Source of the DNA: a virus
Strand: one strand, 5' to 3'
Length of the DNA: 64,000 nt
IMG/VR virus record: IMGVR_UViG_2874814951_000001
The notes below the pieces were generated by a model. It made no database searches and had not been told where the DNA came from. It was given only the letters and a program-made list of their open reading frames with translations. Numbering within the stretch: the first letter of the stretch is position 1; each line of letters starts with the position of its first letter. Positions 49,422-58,064 of the stretch are shown piece after piece. The position numbers were made by a program, and so were the translations under genes.

Positions 49422-49849
49422 CTTATTTCACCTGCCGCAAGCGACTCAACACTAGGGGTTAGTAGCCCTGCGTTACGCAAGATCATTAAGGTGCTGCTAT
49501 CTAGGCCTGTGGCCGCTTTTGTGCGTTCCTCAACGCTTACGTGTCCTTCTAGAGTGACACTGCCGCCATCTACGGTTTGCGACTTCACATAGAGGGCTTG
49601 CCCGGCTGCTCCGGCGTTGGGGTCTAGCTCCCCTGCGTGCCATATTGCAACCTGGTTACAAACGGCATCGCGGAAAGCTTCTATAACCCCCGGTTCAGTC
49701 GGTAGCCCCTGTGTATCGGTCGCGTAGAGCGCTAGGCGGGTTATGTCTTCCACCATGACGGACGCGGCGCGAATAAGGCGGGTAGCGTTAGCGGGAATTT
49801 CGTCTAACCAATCTGGCATTAGGTCGCTTGGTGCGGCGTAAATTCTCAT
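49418..49849 (-). CDS. Head-tail adaptor
   Basis: RLIRAAS, RDAVCNQV, ILRNAGL. Confidence 0.8.
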   Translation of the reverse strand: MRIYAAPSDLMPDWLDEIPANATRLIRAASVMVEDITRLALYATDTQGLPTEPGVIEAFRDAVCNQVAIWHAGELDPNAGAAGQALYVKSQTVDGGSVTLEGHVSVEERTKAATGLDSSTLMILRNAGLLTPSVESLAAGEIR

Positions 49850-49861
49850 GCTGCCTTGTCC

Positions 49862-50188
49862 TTACTCGAACCACTCTTTAATGGTGTTGACTCGCACGCG
49901 GTGCAAGTCTTCCTCTGTTTTGCCGTTAGCGAGAGCGTAGGCCACCCACTCAGCGCGGGGCGCGTCGTCAGCCGGTTTGTTGTCCGTCTTGTTGGTTGTG
50001 GCCGTGGTTGCCGGTTCCGTTGTGGCCGGCGTTTCGGCCACGGGTTCCGGTCGCGTGTTCGTTTCCGGCTTGGCATTTTCTACCTCCACCCACCTAGCTA
50101 AGCGCTGGAAAAAAGCGATACGGGCGGGGTCGGTGGTAGTGACAATCTGGCCGGTGTTTACTTCACGGAATGCTGGAATTGTGTTCAC
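49862..50188 (-). CDS. Head-associated hypothetical protein
   Basis: Follows the major capsid gene; KPADDAPRAEWVAYA motif. Confidence 0.65.
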   Translation of the reverse strand: MNTIPAFREVNTGQIVTTTDPARIAFFQRLARWVEVENAKPETNTRPEPVAETPATTEPATTATTNKTDNKPADDAPRAEWVAYALANGKTEEDLHRVRVNTIKEWFE

Positions 50189-50250
50189 CTCCCCCTGTTG
50201 TTTCGCGTCTTGTTTCCCCTGTTAGGCGTAGGCGGGCGGGGCGCTAGCGG

Positions 50251-51186
50251 TTAGCTATTATCGCCGGTGCTTGCCACGTCGCCGCCCTTAATCAGGACAG
50301 CGCGGTTCGGGTCGATGCACTTAACACCGAACAGGGTATCCACGGAGATCACAGTCTGCTTGCGCATGATGTCGTTCTGGTACATCACGCGGACGTTCAG
50401 ACCGTTGTAGTTCATGGTGGACCCAAACGCACCCGGTGGGACAGGCATTGGTACAGACACAAAGCCCAAAGCGGACTTGTGGAAAGCAATACCGACTTCG
50501 GTAGCCGGGTCGCCCGGTGCCGGGTCGCCACTAGACGGGATTGGGTTCACGCACTGCGTCCAATACGGGGTGAAGCCAAACAGCTCTTCCTTAAGGCGCG
50601 CGCGGTTCAGTGCGGTGTCATCGCCGGCGCGGTGAACTTCCTTGAGTACCGGGGAATTCAGCCATTTAGCCTTAGTGCCGGTGCCAACGATGGCGTAACG
50701 GTCGGTAACCGGGACGCGGTTAGCGGACAGCACGCGGTCGGCATCGATCAGAACTTCTGGCTTGTTCCACTCCATGCCAACCTCGGCGCCGACAGTGTTC
50801 TTCACGTCGTCACGAAGGTCGAGAATGGCGCGGTCGATGTCGTTTGCGATTGCTTCCATTGCCGGGGAAAGGAACTGGGCATCGAAGTCCTCGACGCTCA
50901 TAGTCAGTTCCTCGTTGGTAATCGCGAAAGACACATCGGAAATCTGATCAACCTTGACCGGGATGGACTCTTCTTTAGCGGCCTGAAGCTGAACACCCTT
51001 GTTGCGATCAAAGCGGTTGGCGGTGAACACGGCCGGCTTGCGGACGTTCACAGTATCGCCAATCTTGGCGTTGGTGAACTCCTGGGAAAGATCGGTGTAG
51101 ACCAGGGGGCGCATGACCAGCAGATCATTAAGGGATGCGAGCGCCTGGGATGCAATCACCTCGGGGGTGAGCAAAACGTTAGACAT
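50251..51186 (-). CDS. Major capsid protein (P22 coat-like, HK97 fold)
   Basis: LLTPEVIA, KIGDTVNVRKP, FHKSA, DTLFGVK. Confidence 0.92.
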   Translation of the reverse strand: MSNVLLTPEVIASQALASLNDLLVMRPLVYTDLSQEFTNAKIGDTVNVRKPAVFTANRFDRNKGVQLQAAKEESIPVKVDQISDVSFAITNEELTMSVEDFDAQFLSPAMEAIANDIDRAILDLRDDVKNTVGAEVGMEWNKPEVLIDADRVLSANRVPVTDRYAIVGTGTKAKWLNSPVLKEVHRAGDDTALNRARLKEELFGFTPYWTQCVNPIPSSGDPAPGDPATEVGIAFHKSALGFVSVPMPVPPGAFGSTMNYNGLNVRVMYQNDIMRKQTVISVDTLFGVKCIDPNRAVLIKGGDVASTGDNS

Positions 51187-51217
51187 TTGCTAGTTCTTCT
51201 TTCTGTGTGTTGGTTGC

Positions 51218-52111
51218 TTATGGTTTTCGAGCCATGCGCTTTCGGCGCTTTTTAATCAGCGCTTCAACGCTTGTATCGTCATCGCGTGGCGCGGCGTTAC
51301 CCCCTGTGAAGTCTCCACTTGAGCGGGTTTGTGGCCGCTCTTTCGGGGCTGAGGGGTAGCGTCGTGCCGTTGCTTTCAACTGCCCTAGTACCTTTTCGGC
51401 GAAATCTTCGCTTGCGGGGTTTAGGCTGCTGATGGCTTTTCTGAAACTCATTGAGTCAAGGGCCAGCTCTGGATCAATGCCAGCCGCGTTAGCGTGCCGG
51501 TACACCTCTTTTTCAAGCTGAGCTTGGCGCAGCTCTTTTTTGTGCTGTTCTTCCCGCTTGTCGATAGCGGCGGATACTGCCGCGTAATCGGGTTTTTCGG
51601 GGTCGAACGTGTCCCCTAGTAGGTTGCTGAACGTTTTGTTTAGCGGTTCTACGTTGGGGGCGTTTTTTGCGCGGGTGCGGTATTTCGCGTTTTCGGCGCG
51701 CAGTTTTTCGACGTATTCGCGGGTGAAGGTTTCTTCCGGTTCGTCGGCTTCTTCGTCGTAGTCGGCGGGGTTATCCTCGTCGGCTTCTTCGTCGAATTCC
51801 GGTTCGTCGGTGTCTTCCCATTCGTCCGTGTCTTCGTCTTCTTCCCATTCCGGTTCGGCGTCGTAGTCGGGCTGGGGCTGGTTGTATTCCAGCTCGTCCG
51901 TGTCTTCGGCGTCGTAGTCCGGTTCATTTTCCCCGGTGTCGTACTCATCGCCGTCGTTGTCGTATTCGCCCGTCTCGTCGTATTCGTCGGTTCCCGCGTC
52001 GGTGTCTTCACCTACCTCATCGGCGGTGTCATCCTCGTCGGTATCGTCGAATTCGTCGAGTCCGTAGATGTCGAATTCATCCAACTCATCTGGTTCGTGA
52101 GTAGTGTTCAT
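51218..52111 (-). CDS. Scaffolding protein with long acidic N-terminal tract
   Basis: GGAGG RBS; YVEKLRAENAKYRT, LDSMSF, RSSGDFTGG. Confidence 0.85.
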   Translation of the reverse strand: MNTTHEPDELDEFDIYGLDEFDDTDEDDTADEVGEDTDAGTDEYDETGEYDNDGDEYDTGENEPDYDAEDTDELEYNQPQPDYDAEPEWEEDEDTDEWEDTDEPEFDEEADEDNPADYDEEADEPEETFTREYVEKLRAENAKYRTRAKNAPNVEPLNKTFSNLLGDTFDPEKPDYAAVSAAIDKREEQHKKELRQAQLEKEVYRHANAAGIDPELALDSMSFRKAISSLNPASEDFAEKVLGQLKATARRYPSAPKERPQTRSSGDFTGGNAAPRDDDTSVEALIKKRRKRMARKP

Positions 52112-52288
52112 GGGGTTTTGTCCTCCGTGCCTGCAACGTTGGTTCTGTGAGTGCTGCGCCTGGCAACCAACACACAAGCCAATTCCGCTGTAGGGCTTAG
52201 TTTGCGCCCCCGTTTGAACCCATCTAGGGCGGGGCGGTGAAACATTATGTTTATGGAAGGGGGTTTGAGCCTGCTGTTTTTTGGCATG

Positions 52289-52330
52289 AAAAAAGGGGGC
52301 TAGGCGATCAACACCTAGCCCCCTTGTTTT
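52289..52330 (-). terminator. Intrinsic terminator upstream of the scaffold gene
   Basis: AAGGGGGCTAGG-loop-CCTAGCCCCCTTTTTT. Confidence 0.75.
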
Positions 52331-52423
52331 CGTGAGTTCAAAAACTAAGTAAGGCCACAGAACACACAAGTGTTCTGCACCCCCGAATTTACCAAACCGT
52401 CTAGCGTCTATCAAGACGTTAGG

Positions 52424-53476
52424 TTATCGGGCGTATCGGTCGTGTTCTCGTTCCGGCGCTCGTTTCTGCCCTGTTTCGGCAACATGCTTACGGATACGGG
52501 CTTGCGCTGCCCTGATGTCTTTGTGAGCCGCTGCTTTCGCTTCCGGTGTAGCTGCCGCCGCGAGGTCGCGTTTCGCTTGCCTAACTTCACGTTCTAGCCG
52601 TCGTAGTTTCTGCGAGTTCGCGTAATCATTGGGGCCTTGCTCCGGTATCTCCGGGGCGGGGTCACCAGGAAACCACGCTATGAGAGTGTGACGGCATCCG
52701 GGGTGTCTGTAGCCATGCGCCAGCGCTTCCGCTAGCGATGCCACAATTGGCTCCCCTCCGTAGGTTCCCCGTGTCTTACCGCTGATGGTGAGTAACCTGC
52801 CTTGGAACGGTAGGCATTGGGGGGAACAATTCGGGGCGGTTGTCATCCTCACAACATCATGGCCGGCTTTCGCTACCTCGTTTAGATACGCTTCGGCGCT
52901 TGCTTGGTTCGCGGCGGCTCGGGCGGCCATCTCGACGTAACTAACGATGTTCCAACGTCGGCCGCCCTTGTCCACAAACGCGGTAATGCCACGGCGCTTA
53001 AAGTCGTTTAGCGCTTCCTGTGCCACCCTTAGCCGGTCTGCTTCGTTGCGGGGCGGTCGTGCTTCCATGCGCTTTAGGATCTCGTCATACAGCTGTGATC
53101 CGCTACCGATAAGGCCGGGGATGATGTCCCTGAACTCGTCCATCAGCTCGGCGGGGGTTTTTACGGTGACGTGGCGCCGGTCATGGTCGGGTGCTTTCGG
53201 TGCTTTTGCTTTAAGCTCCGCGCTTAGGCGTTTGAGGTCTTTTTGTGCTTCCTGTTGCCCCGTGGTCGCTGCTTTCGCTAGCGCTTTACGGATTGCTTCA
53301 CGTAGCTTCTTAACCCCCACCCCCACAAGTTTTGAGAGTGCTTTCATAAACCCCCGGCGGTCGCGGCGGGGTTTGGTAGCCCATTTTTTCGTGAGGGTGA
53401 TTATCGCCTGTTCCAGGCCTGCGGCGATTCTCGCCGCGTGGTCTGGGAACTTGTCTAGAAAATTGGGGTCAATCAC
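52424..53476 (-). CDS. Minor capsid protein (MuF-like, minor capsid 2 type)
   Basis: FVDKGGRRWNIVSYVEMA, CSPQCLPFQG, HPGCRH. Confidence 0.88.
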   Translation of the reverse strand: MIDPNFLDKFPDHAARIAAGLEQAIITLTKKWATKPRRDRRGFMKALSKLVGVGVKKLREAIRKALAKAATTGQQEAQKDLKRLSAELKAKAPKAPDHDRRHVTVKTPAELMDEFRDIIPGLIGSGSQLYDEILKRMEARPPRNEADRLRVAQEALNDFKRRGITAFVDKGGRRWNIVSYVEMAARAAANQASAEAYLNEVAKAGHDVVRMTTAPNCSPQCLPFQGRLLTISGKTRGTYGGEPIVASLAEALAHGYRHPGCRHTLIAWFPGDPAPEIPEQGPNDYANSQKLRRLEREVRQAKRDLAAAATPEAKAAAHKDIRAAQARIRKHVAETGQKRAPEREHDRYAR

Positions 53477-53482
53477 GGGGGT

Positions 53483-55243
53483 TTAAGTCGCTTCCTCTGC
53501 GAGTTTTTCGGCTAGTGCCTGTAGTTGCGGATCATCTGTTTCGCTGCCTTCGTCGGCGGTGTCTAGGTCATCTAGGCCGTCTAGATCCCATTCGTCGGCG
53601 TGTGTGGTGTCCTCGGTGTTCTCCTGTTCTGGTTGCCCTTCGGTGGGTTCAGCGGGGGTTTCCGCTGTCTGCTCCCCCGCTTGGCCGTATGCGAGTTTCA
53701 TTTGCTCTAGCTGGTCTGCCTTAATGCGTTCCAGCTCTTCCTTAATCTCGGGATCAGACCAATTGGGGTGAAGTTCCCTGAGTGCTTGGGCGATGGAAAC
53801 GATGTCGGCGTTACGCTGCTGTGCGAGTACCTGCGTTGTTTCAAGTGGGGATTGCATCGAACGGACTGGGAACACGGCTGTTGGGTCGGTTTCGAACGTA
53901 ATGCGGGTGTCGAAAACCAACTCATCGAGTTTGAGGGCTGCGCGCGCAAGCTCGTTTAGTGCTTGCTGCCAGTACCCAATCTTCTTTCTGCGGGTGCGTT
54001 CACTCATCGCGTTTCGTGAGTTAACCTCCGTGGCGGTAGGCACGCCTACGGTTAGGCTGCTGTCCGAAAACTGTGCTGCCGATAGGCCGGCGCTTCGTAG
54101 GATGATATTCAAGATTTCCGCTGTTGTCTGCGAATGCTCTTGCCAACGAATATCGAACTGAGACTGTGTGATTGGGGTCGCGTCGGTAGCTGATCCCACG
54201 CCTGCCGGTAGTGGGGTAAAGATTTCCTGATCGGTATCCCATGCCGCCCCGCGCCCCGGCCCCAGGCTTTTCATCATTGATTCCTCGACAAGTAGGCGGG
54301 CTTTGCCTAGGTCAAGGTCGCGCATCCAGCTAGTCATAGCTTCGTCTAGTGCGTCGAAGATGCCTTCTAGCCCGTCGAAGTCTGAGCGCCCTAGCTGTGC
54401 GAGTCCTGGGCGGTTGCGCCATGTCCGGTTTGGTTTGACGTTGGGGATATGCACAACGGTTAAGTCATCAATGCCGGTTTTAATCATGCCGTTTTTGTCG
54501 GCAATGTCGGCCGCCCACTGTGTTTCTGGGTGTGCTGATAGTGGGATTGGGGTTCCTAGTTTCTCGTCGGTTCCGCGATATAGGCCGTGGTAGATTCTCC
54601 CTTTTTCGTGGCGTTCAAGGTGGCGAATGACGCTGTTGCCTACCCCTAGGCCGTCGTGGGATGTGGGGTTGTCCAGGACGCGCCATAGGGTCGCTGCGAC
54701 TAGCTTGTCGTATCGGAATTCTGGCACTACGGTGTCGGCGGCGTGGCATGACACTAGAACGTGGTCGGCGATTTCGCTATCCCACCATAGTCGCAGGTAG
54801 ACGCTACCGAATGCGCTAGCGAGTTCCCCGCCCTCGGTGAGGGTGGCGCCGAAACTGTCATCGAAGATTTCTTGTAGTCGTTTCTGTGCGTCCTCGCGCC
54901 ACGGCTGCTCGATCTCATCGCCGTTTTCGTCTAGTTCGGGCGGGAACTTGAATGTCGGCGGTTCGCTGAAAAGTAGCTCGCTTGATGCGCGTGCTAGGTC
55001 GGCTGCTGCTGGGACGTGAACACGTTTCGCGCCCTGTGGGTTGGGTCGGCCCCAAAAGAAACGCGCCATGCGCCCTACTAGGCCGCCGGAGAACTGGGAT
55101 GGGCGGACGTACATGCTGTTTGAGTAGACGTTATGCAGGGCGTTTAGGTCGCCGTCGTACCACGCGCCCCATACTTTCATGGCTTTTTGTGCTTCGTCGT
55201 AGGGTTTGGGTGGCCAAACGGTGTTTGAGTCTGGAAGTGGCAT
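53483..55243 (-). CDS. Portal protein (SPP1/A118-like)
   Basis: MPLP...WPP, HVPAAADLA, HIPN, GRSDF, TATEV. Confidence 0.9.
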   Translation of the reverse strand: MPLPDSNTVWPPKPYDEAQKAMKVWGAWYDGDLNALHNVYSNSMYVRPSQFSGGLVGRMARFFWGRPNPQGAKRVHVPAAADLARASSELLFSEPPTFKFPPELDENGDEIEQPWREDAQKRLQEIFDDSFGATLTEGGELASAFGSVYLRLWWDSEIADHVLVSCHAADTVVPEFRYDKLVAATLWRVLDNPTSHDGLGVGNSVIRHLERHEKGRIYHGLYRGTDEKLGTPIPLSAHPETQWAADIADKNGMIKTGIDDLTVVHIPNVKPNRTWRNRPGLAQLGRSDFDGLEGIFDALDEAMTSWMRDLDLGKARLLVEESMMKSLGPGRGAAWDTDQEIFTPLPAGVGSATDATPITQSQFDIRWQEHSQTTAEILNIILRSAGLSAAQFSDSSLTVGVPTATEVNSRNAMSERTRRKKIGYWQQALNELARAALKLDELVFDTRITFETDPTAVFPVRSMQSPLETTQVLAQQRNADIVSIAQALRELHPNWSDPEIKEELERIKADQLEQMKLAYGQAGEQTAETPAEPTEGQPEQENTEDTTHADEWDLDGLDDLDTADEGSETDDPQLQALAEKLAEEAT

Positions 55244-55260
55244 TGTTGTTTTCCCCTGGT

Positions 55261-56571
55261 TTATGTGCTGGTTGGTAGTGCGGTTGGTAGGTAGCCCCGC
55301 CATCGCTTTTCTGTTGTTGTGATGCCGTAGCGTGCCGCGTCTAGGCTGTGGTCTGCGGTTTTGATTACCGCGTCTTCGCCTTTTTCGGTGGCTTTTTTAT
55401 CCCACACGTAGCCGGTGACTTCGCTAATGAAACCTGTGCATCGGTCGGTGACTTTCAGCTGCCCGGCCGCTAATAGGCTTGATACGGTGCGTATGCCGTA
55501 TAGGACATCGTTGTTCGCTGCGTAGGTCATGCAGCCGTCTTGTTTCATTTGGACGCGGAACGACGCGGCGGCGGGGTCAACGATGACGGGGCATATTGGC
55601 GGTGGTGTGGTGGGGTCTGGGTGGTGTTGCTCGGTGTTTAGCCATGTGAGGATTGCGGCGGTTAGTTGCCCGTCTGTCATGCGCTGCCTGTCGCTGCGGG
55701 GTGTGAACCTCCATTCGTCTACTAGGTACAGGTTGCCGTCATTGCATACGGCCGCGAGAATGGCGCTGGTTGCGTTGGTGGTGCCGTAGTCGATACCGAC
55801 GCTAAGCCAGTCCACAATCGGCGGTGTGTCCTCCCATTTAACGATGTGTGTTTCCGGATCCCACATGTCATAGACTGCGCCGTCTGCGCTTACCCATTGC
55901 CCCTCAATGAAGCGTTTGTACCAAAGGCCGGTGTACTCGGCTTTGATGGAAGCTTTATAGTCATCGGATAGCGCCGGGTTATCGTCAAGGGTGAAGTGAA
56001 AGCGCGCCCAATTGCCGGTTAGCCCGTCTTTTCTCGCTACCTTGTTCAGCGCGTCGATGCGGTCTAGGTAGTTCGTTTTCAGCCAATGGTGTTGGCTATC
56101 CGGGTTGGTGGTGCAGAATAGTTGTGCTTTTGGCACGCTCATTCGGGCTAGTAGCTGGTTAAAGAACGATTCCGCGATGATCGTTGCTTCGTCCATGTAC
56201 GCGCCGGATAGTGTTAGGCCGCGTAGTGTTTTCTCGGCGCTTACATCGCTTGCGCCCATGACGTGAACGACTCTGCCCATGATGTAGGCGGTGGGGGCGC
56301 CGGGGGTGTAGCGGACTGACTGGGTGAATTCCCCGAAAATATCGGGGTTGGTCATTGGTTGGATGACGTTTCGGTAGAGACTATCGCGGGTTCTACCGAC
56401 CATGAGTAATTGGCCGCCGGCGGGTGGGTCTGCGAGAAACATTAGCCACCTGATAATCGACGAAATTGTTTTGCCGGATCTGACGCTGCCTTCCCATAGG
56501 TTAACGCGGTAGTCTGCTAGTCCGATGCTCATAAACTGTTTGCGGGATAGGGGTAGCTGGTCTAGGTTCAT
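55261..56571 (-). CDS. terL: Terminase large subunit (PBSX type)
   Basis: EGSVRSGKT, LRGLT, YMDEA, TTNP, GIDYGTTN, DHSLDAARY. Confidence 0.95.
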   Translation of the reverse strand: MNLDQLPLSRKQFMSIGLADYRVNLWEGSVRSGKTISSIIRWLMFLADPPAGGQLLMVGRTRDSLYRNVIQPMTNPDIFGEFTQSVRYTPGAPTAYIMGRVVHVMGASDVSAEKTLRGLTLSGAYMDEATIIAESFFNQLLARMSVPKAQLFCTTNPDSQHHWLKTNYLDRIDALNKVARKDGLTGNWARFHFTLDDNPALSDDYKASIKAEYTGLWYKRFIEGQWVSADGAVYDMWDPETHIVKWEDTPPIVDWLSVGIDYGTTNATSAILAAVCNDGNLYLVDEWRFTPRSDRQRMTDGQLTAAILTWLNTEQHHPDPTTPPPICPVIVDPAAASFRVQMKQDGCMTYAANNDVLYGIRTVSSLLAAGQLKVTDRCTGFISEVTGYVWDKKATEKGEDAVIKTADHSLDAARYGITTTEKRWRGYLPTALPTST

Positions 56572-56577
56572 TGGTTG

Positions 56578-57096
56578 CTATTCCCCCTGTTCATCGTCGT
56601 TTTTCATGGTTTGTGCTGCTCCCCTAAAGTGGTTGAGCAGTGTCACCATGACGCTGTTCCGGTCGGTTTCGGTGTTGTCCCCAACGGTGGCCATGAGTTT
56701 GTCATGCGCTTCGATTTGTTTGGCTATTGTTTCGTAGCCTGCTTTTTGTTCGCGGATTGGGGGTAATGGTTCTTCCACTAGCACTAGCCCTTCGGGGCCG
56801 CGTTCGTAGTAGTGGTGTGGTGCGTGCATTCGCGCGCGCATGGTGAAAGCGTCATTGATGAGCATTTCGGCTAGTTCTAGCCTGCGTTGCTTGATTGATT
56901 CTAGGCGTTTCGCGCGTGCTTTTAGTGTCTGTGCCTGCCCTTCTGGTGTTGCGGTGTTTAGCCCGTGCTCTTTAAGGACGCGGGAGATTGTGGAGGGGGC
57001 GTAACCCATTGCGCGGGATATGTCCCTGACTCCGTGGCCGTCGGCTCCTAGTTGGACTATGCGGTCTTTTTCATCGTCTGTGAGTCGTGCTGTCAC
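56578..57096 (-). CDS. HTH protein, probable terminase small subunit
   Basis: GVRDISRAMGYAPSTISR; directly upstream of terL. Confidence 0.75.
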   Translation of the reverse strand: MTARLTDDEKDRIVQLGADGHGVRDISRAMGYAPSTISRVLKEHGLNTATPEGQAQTLKARAKRLESIKQRRLELAEMLINDAFTMRARMHAPHHYYERGPEGLVLVEEPLPPIREQKAGYETIAKQIEAHDKLMATVGDNTETDRNSVMVTLLNHFRGAAQTMKNDDEQGE

Positions 57097-57431
57097 TTAA
57101 CCCACCTAAAGCGCTGTGACCATTTGGAAAGTTTGGCGTCGGCGCTGTCTCGGATTGCTAGAGCTGGGTTGGCTAGGGTGTTGCCTTCCATGTCTGCGAT
57201 GAGTAGCCCTGTTGCTTTTACTTCCCCTGTTGCTGCTTGGAATTCGCTGATTGCTTCGCAGTATGCGGCGAATTCGTCAACGTCGGCGGGTGTTGGTTTG
57301 GCGTGTGGTGCGAGTCGCTGCCACGCTTCCTTGGCGCCGTCTGTGAGCCATGATGGGGGTTGTGGGGGTTGGTAATCATCGCCGATGGGTTGTGTGGCCG
57401 TGTATGGGACGAAACGCGGCATTTGCGGCAT
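57093..57431 (-). CDS. P27-like TerS (repeat copy of 37-375)
   Basis: Identical translation; GTGA overlap with the HTH gene. Confidence 0.7.
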   Translation of the reverse strand: MPQMPRFVPYTATQPIGDDYQPPQPPSWLTDGAKEAWQRLAPHAKPTPADVDEFAAYCEAISEFQAATGEVKATGLLIADMEGNTLANPALAIRDSADAKLSKWSQRFRWVK

Positions 57432-57470
57432 TGGTTGCCCCCTCTCCCCCTTGGTGGTGGGTCTAGTGCG

Positions 57471-57710
57471 CTATTTGCGGTTGCGTGGCCGTTGTCCTGG
57501 CCAGATTTTAAAGACGCGGTGGAAGTACTTAGCGGCTAGGCCGTTAACGAAACGTTCGGGTACTCCCTCGCTGCGTAGCGCGGTTGTTAGTGCTGTGTAT
57601 GGGTGCGGGCTGAGCGCCCATCGTGCTAGCCCTTCTCCGCGTGTCCAGTACTTGATTAGGCCTTTTGTGATTGGCCATCCCATGTTTCCGGTTGGACGTT
57701 TTGCGGGCAT
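57471..57710 (-). CDS. Repeat copy of 415-654
   Basis: Identical translation. Confidence 0.7.
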   Translation of the reverse strand: MPAKRPTGNMGWPITKGLIKYWTRGEGLARWALSPHPYTALTTALRSEGVPERFVNGLAAKYFHRVFKIWPGQRPRNRK

Positions 57711-57719
57711 GGCGGGGTT

Positions 57720-57932
57720 TTACTCTCCCTCTGGTTTGTTCTGTGCTGCTGCGGCGCGCTGTGCTCTGATTTCGGTGACCTGCTGTTTGCGATCGTTGAA
57801 GCCCATGCGCCACGGGGCGGATAGTCCAGATTCGGGGGCGTGGGGGTTATCCCGCCATGATTTGCCCTCGTTGTAGGCCTGTGCGCCCTCTCGGTAGGCG
57901 GCGGACTGTTCGGTGAAAGTTGGTGCGGACAT
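57720..57932 (-). CDS. RMF-like protein (repeat copy of 664-876)
   Basis: Identical translation. Confidence 0.6.
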   Translation of the reverse strand: MSAPTFTEQSAAYREGAQAYNEGKSWRDNPHAPESGLSAPWRMGFNDRKQQVTEIRAQRAAAAQNKPEGE

Positions 57933-58064
57933 GCTTTGTTCTCCCCGTGTGTTGTGTTGGGTGTCTGGTTAGAGATTATAAACGCGGTAGCTACTACTAC
58001 CGCGTTGTGTGTGTTTGTGGTGGGGGTGGCGTAGTAGCGCCATCTTTTCCCCTCACCTGTCTAG

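Noticed and set aside
52112..52414. N-terminal 101-aa extension of the scaffold ORF
   Set aside because: It crosses a terminator and leader region; the RBS supports ATG 52111.
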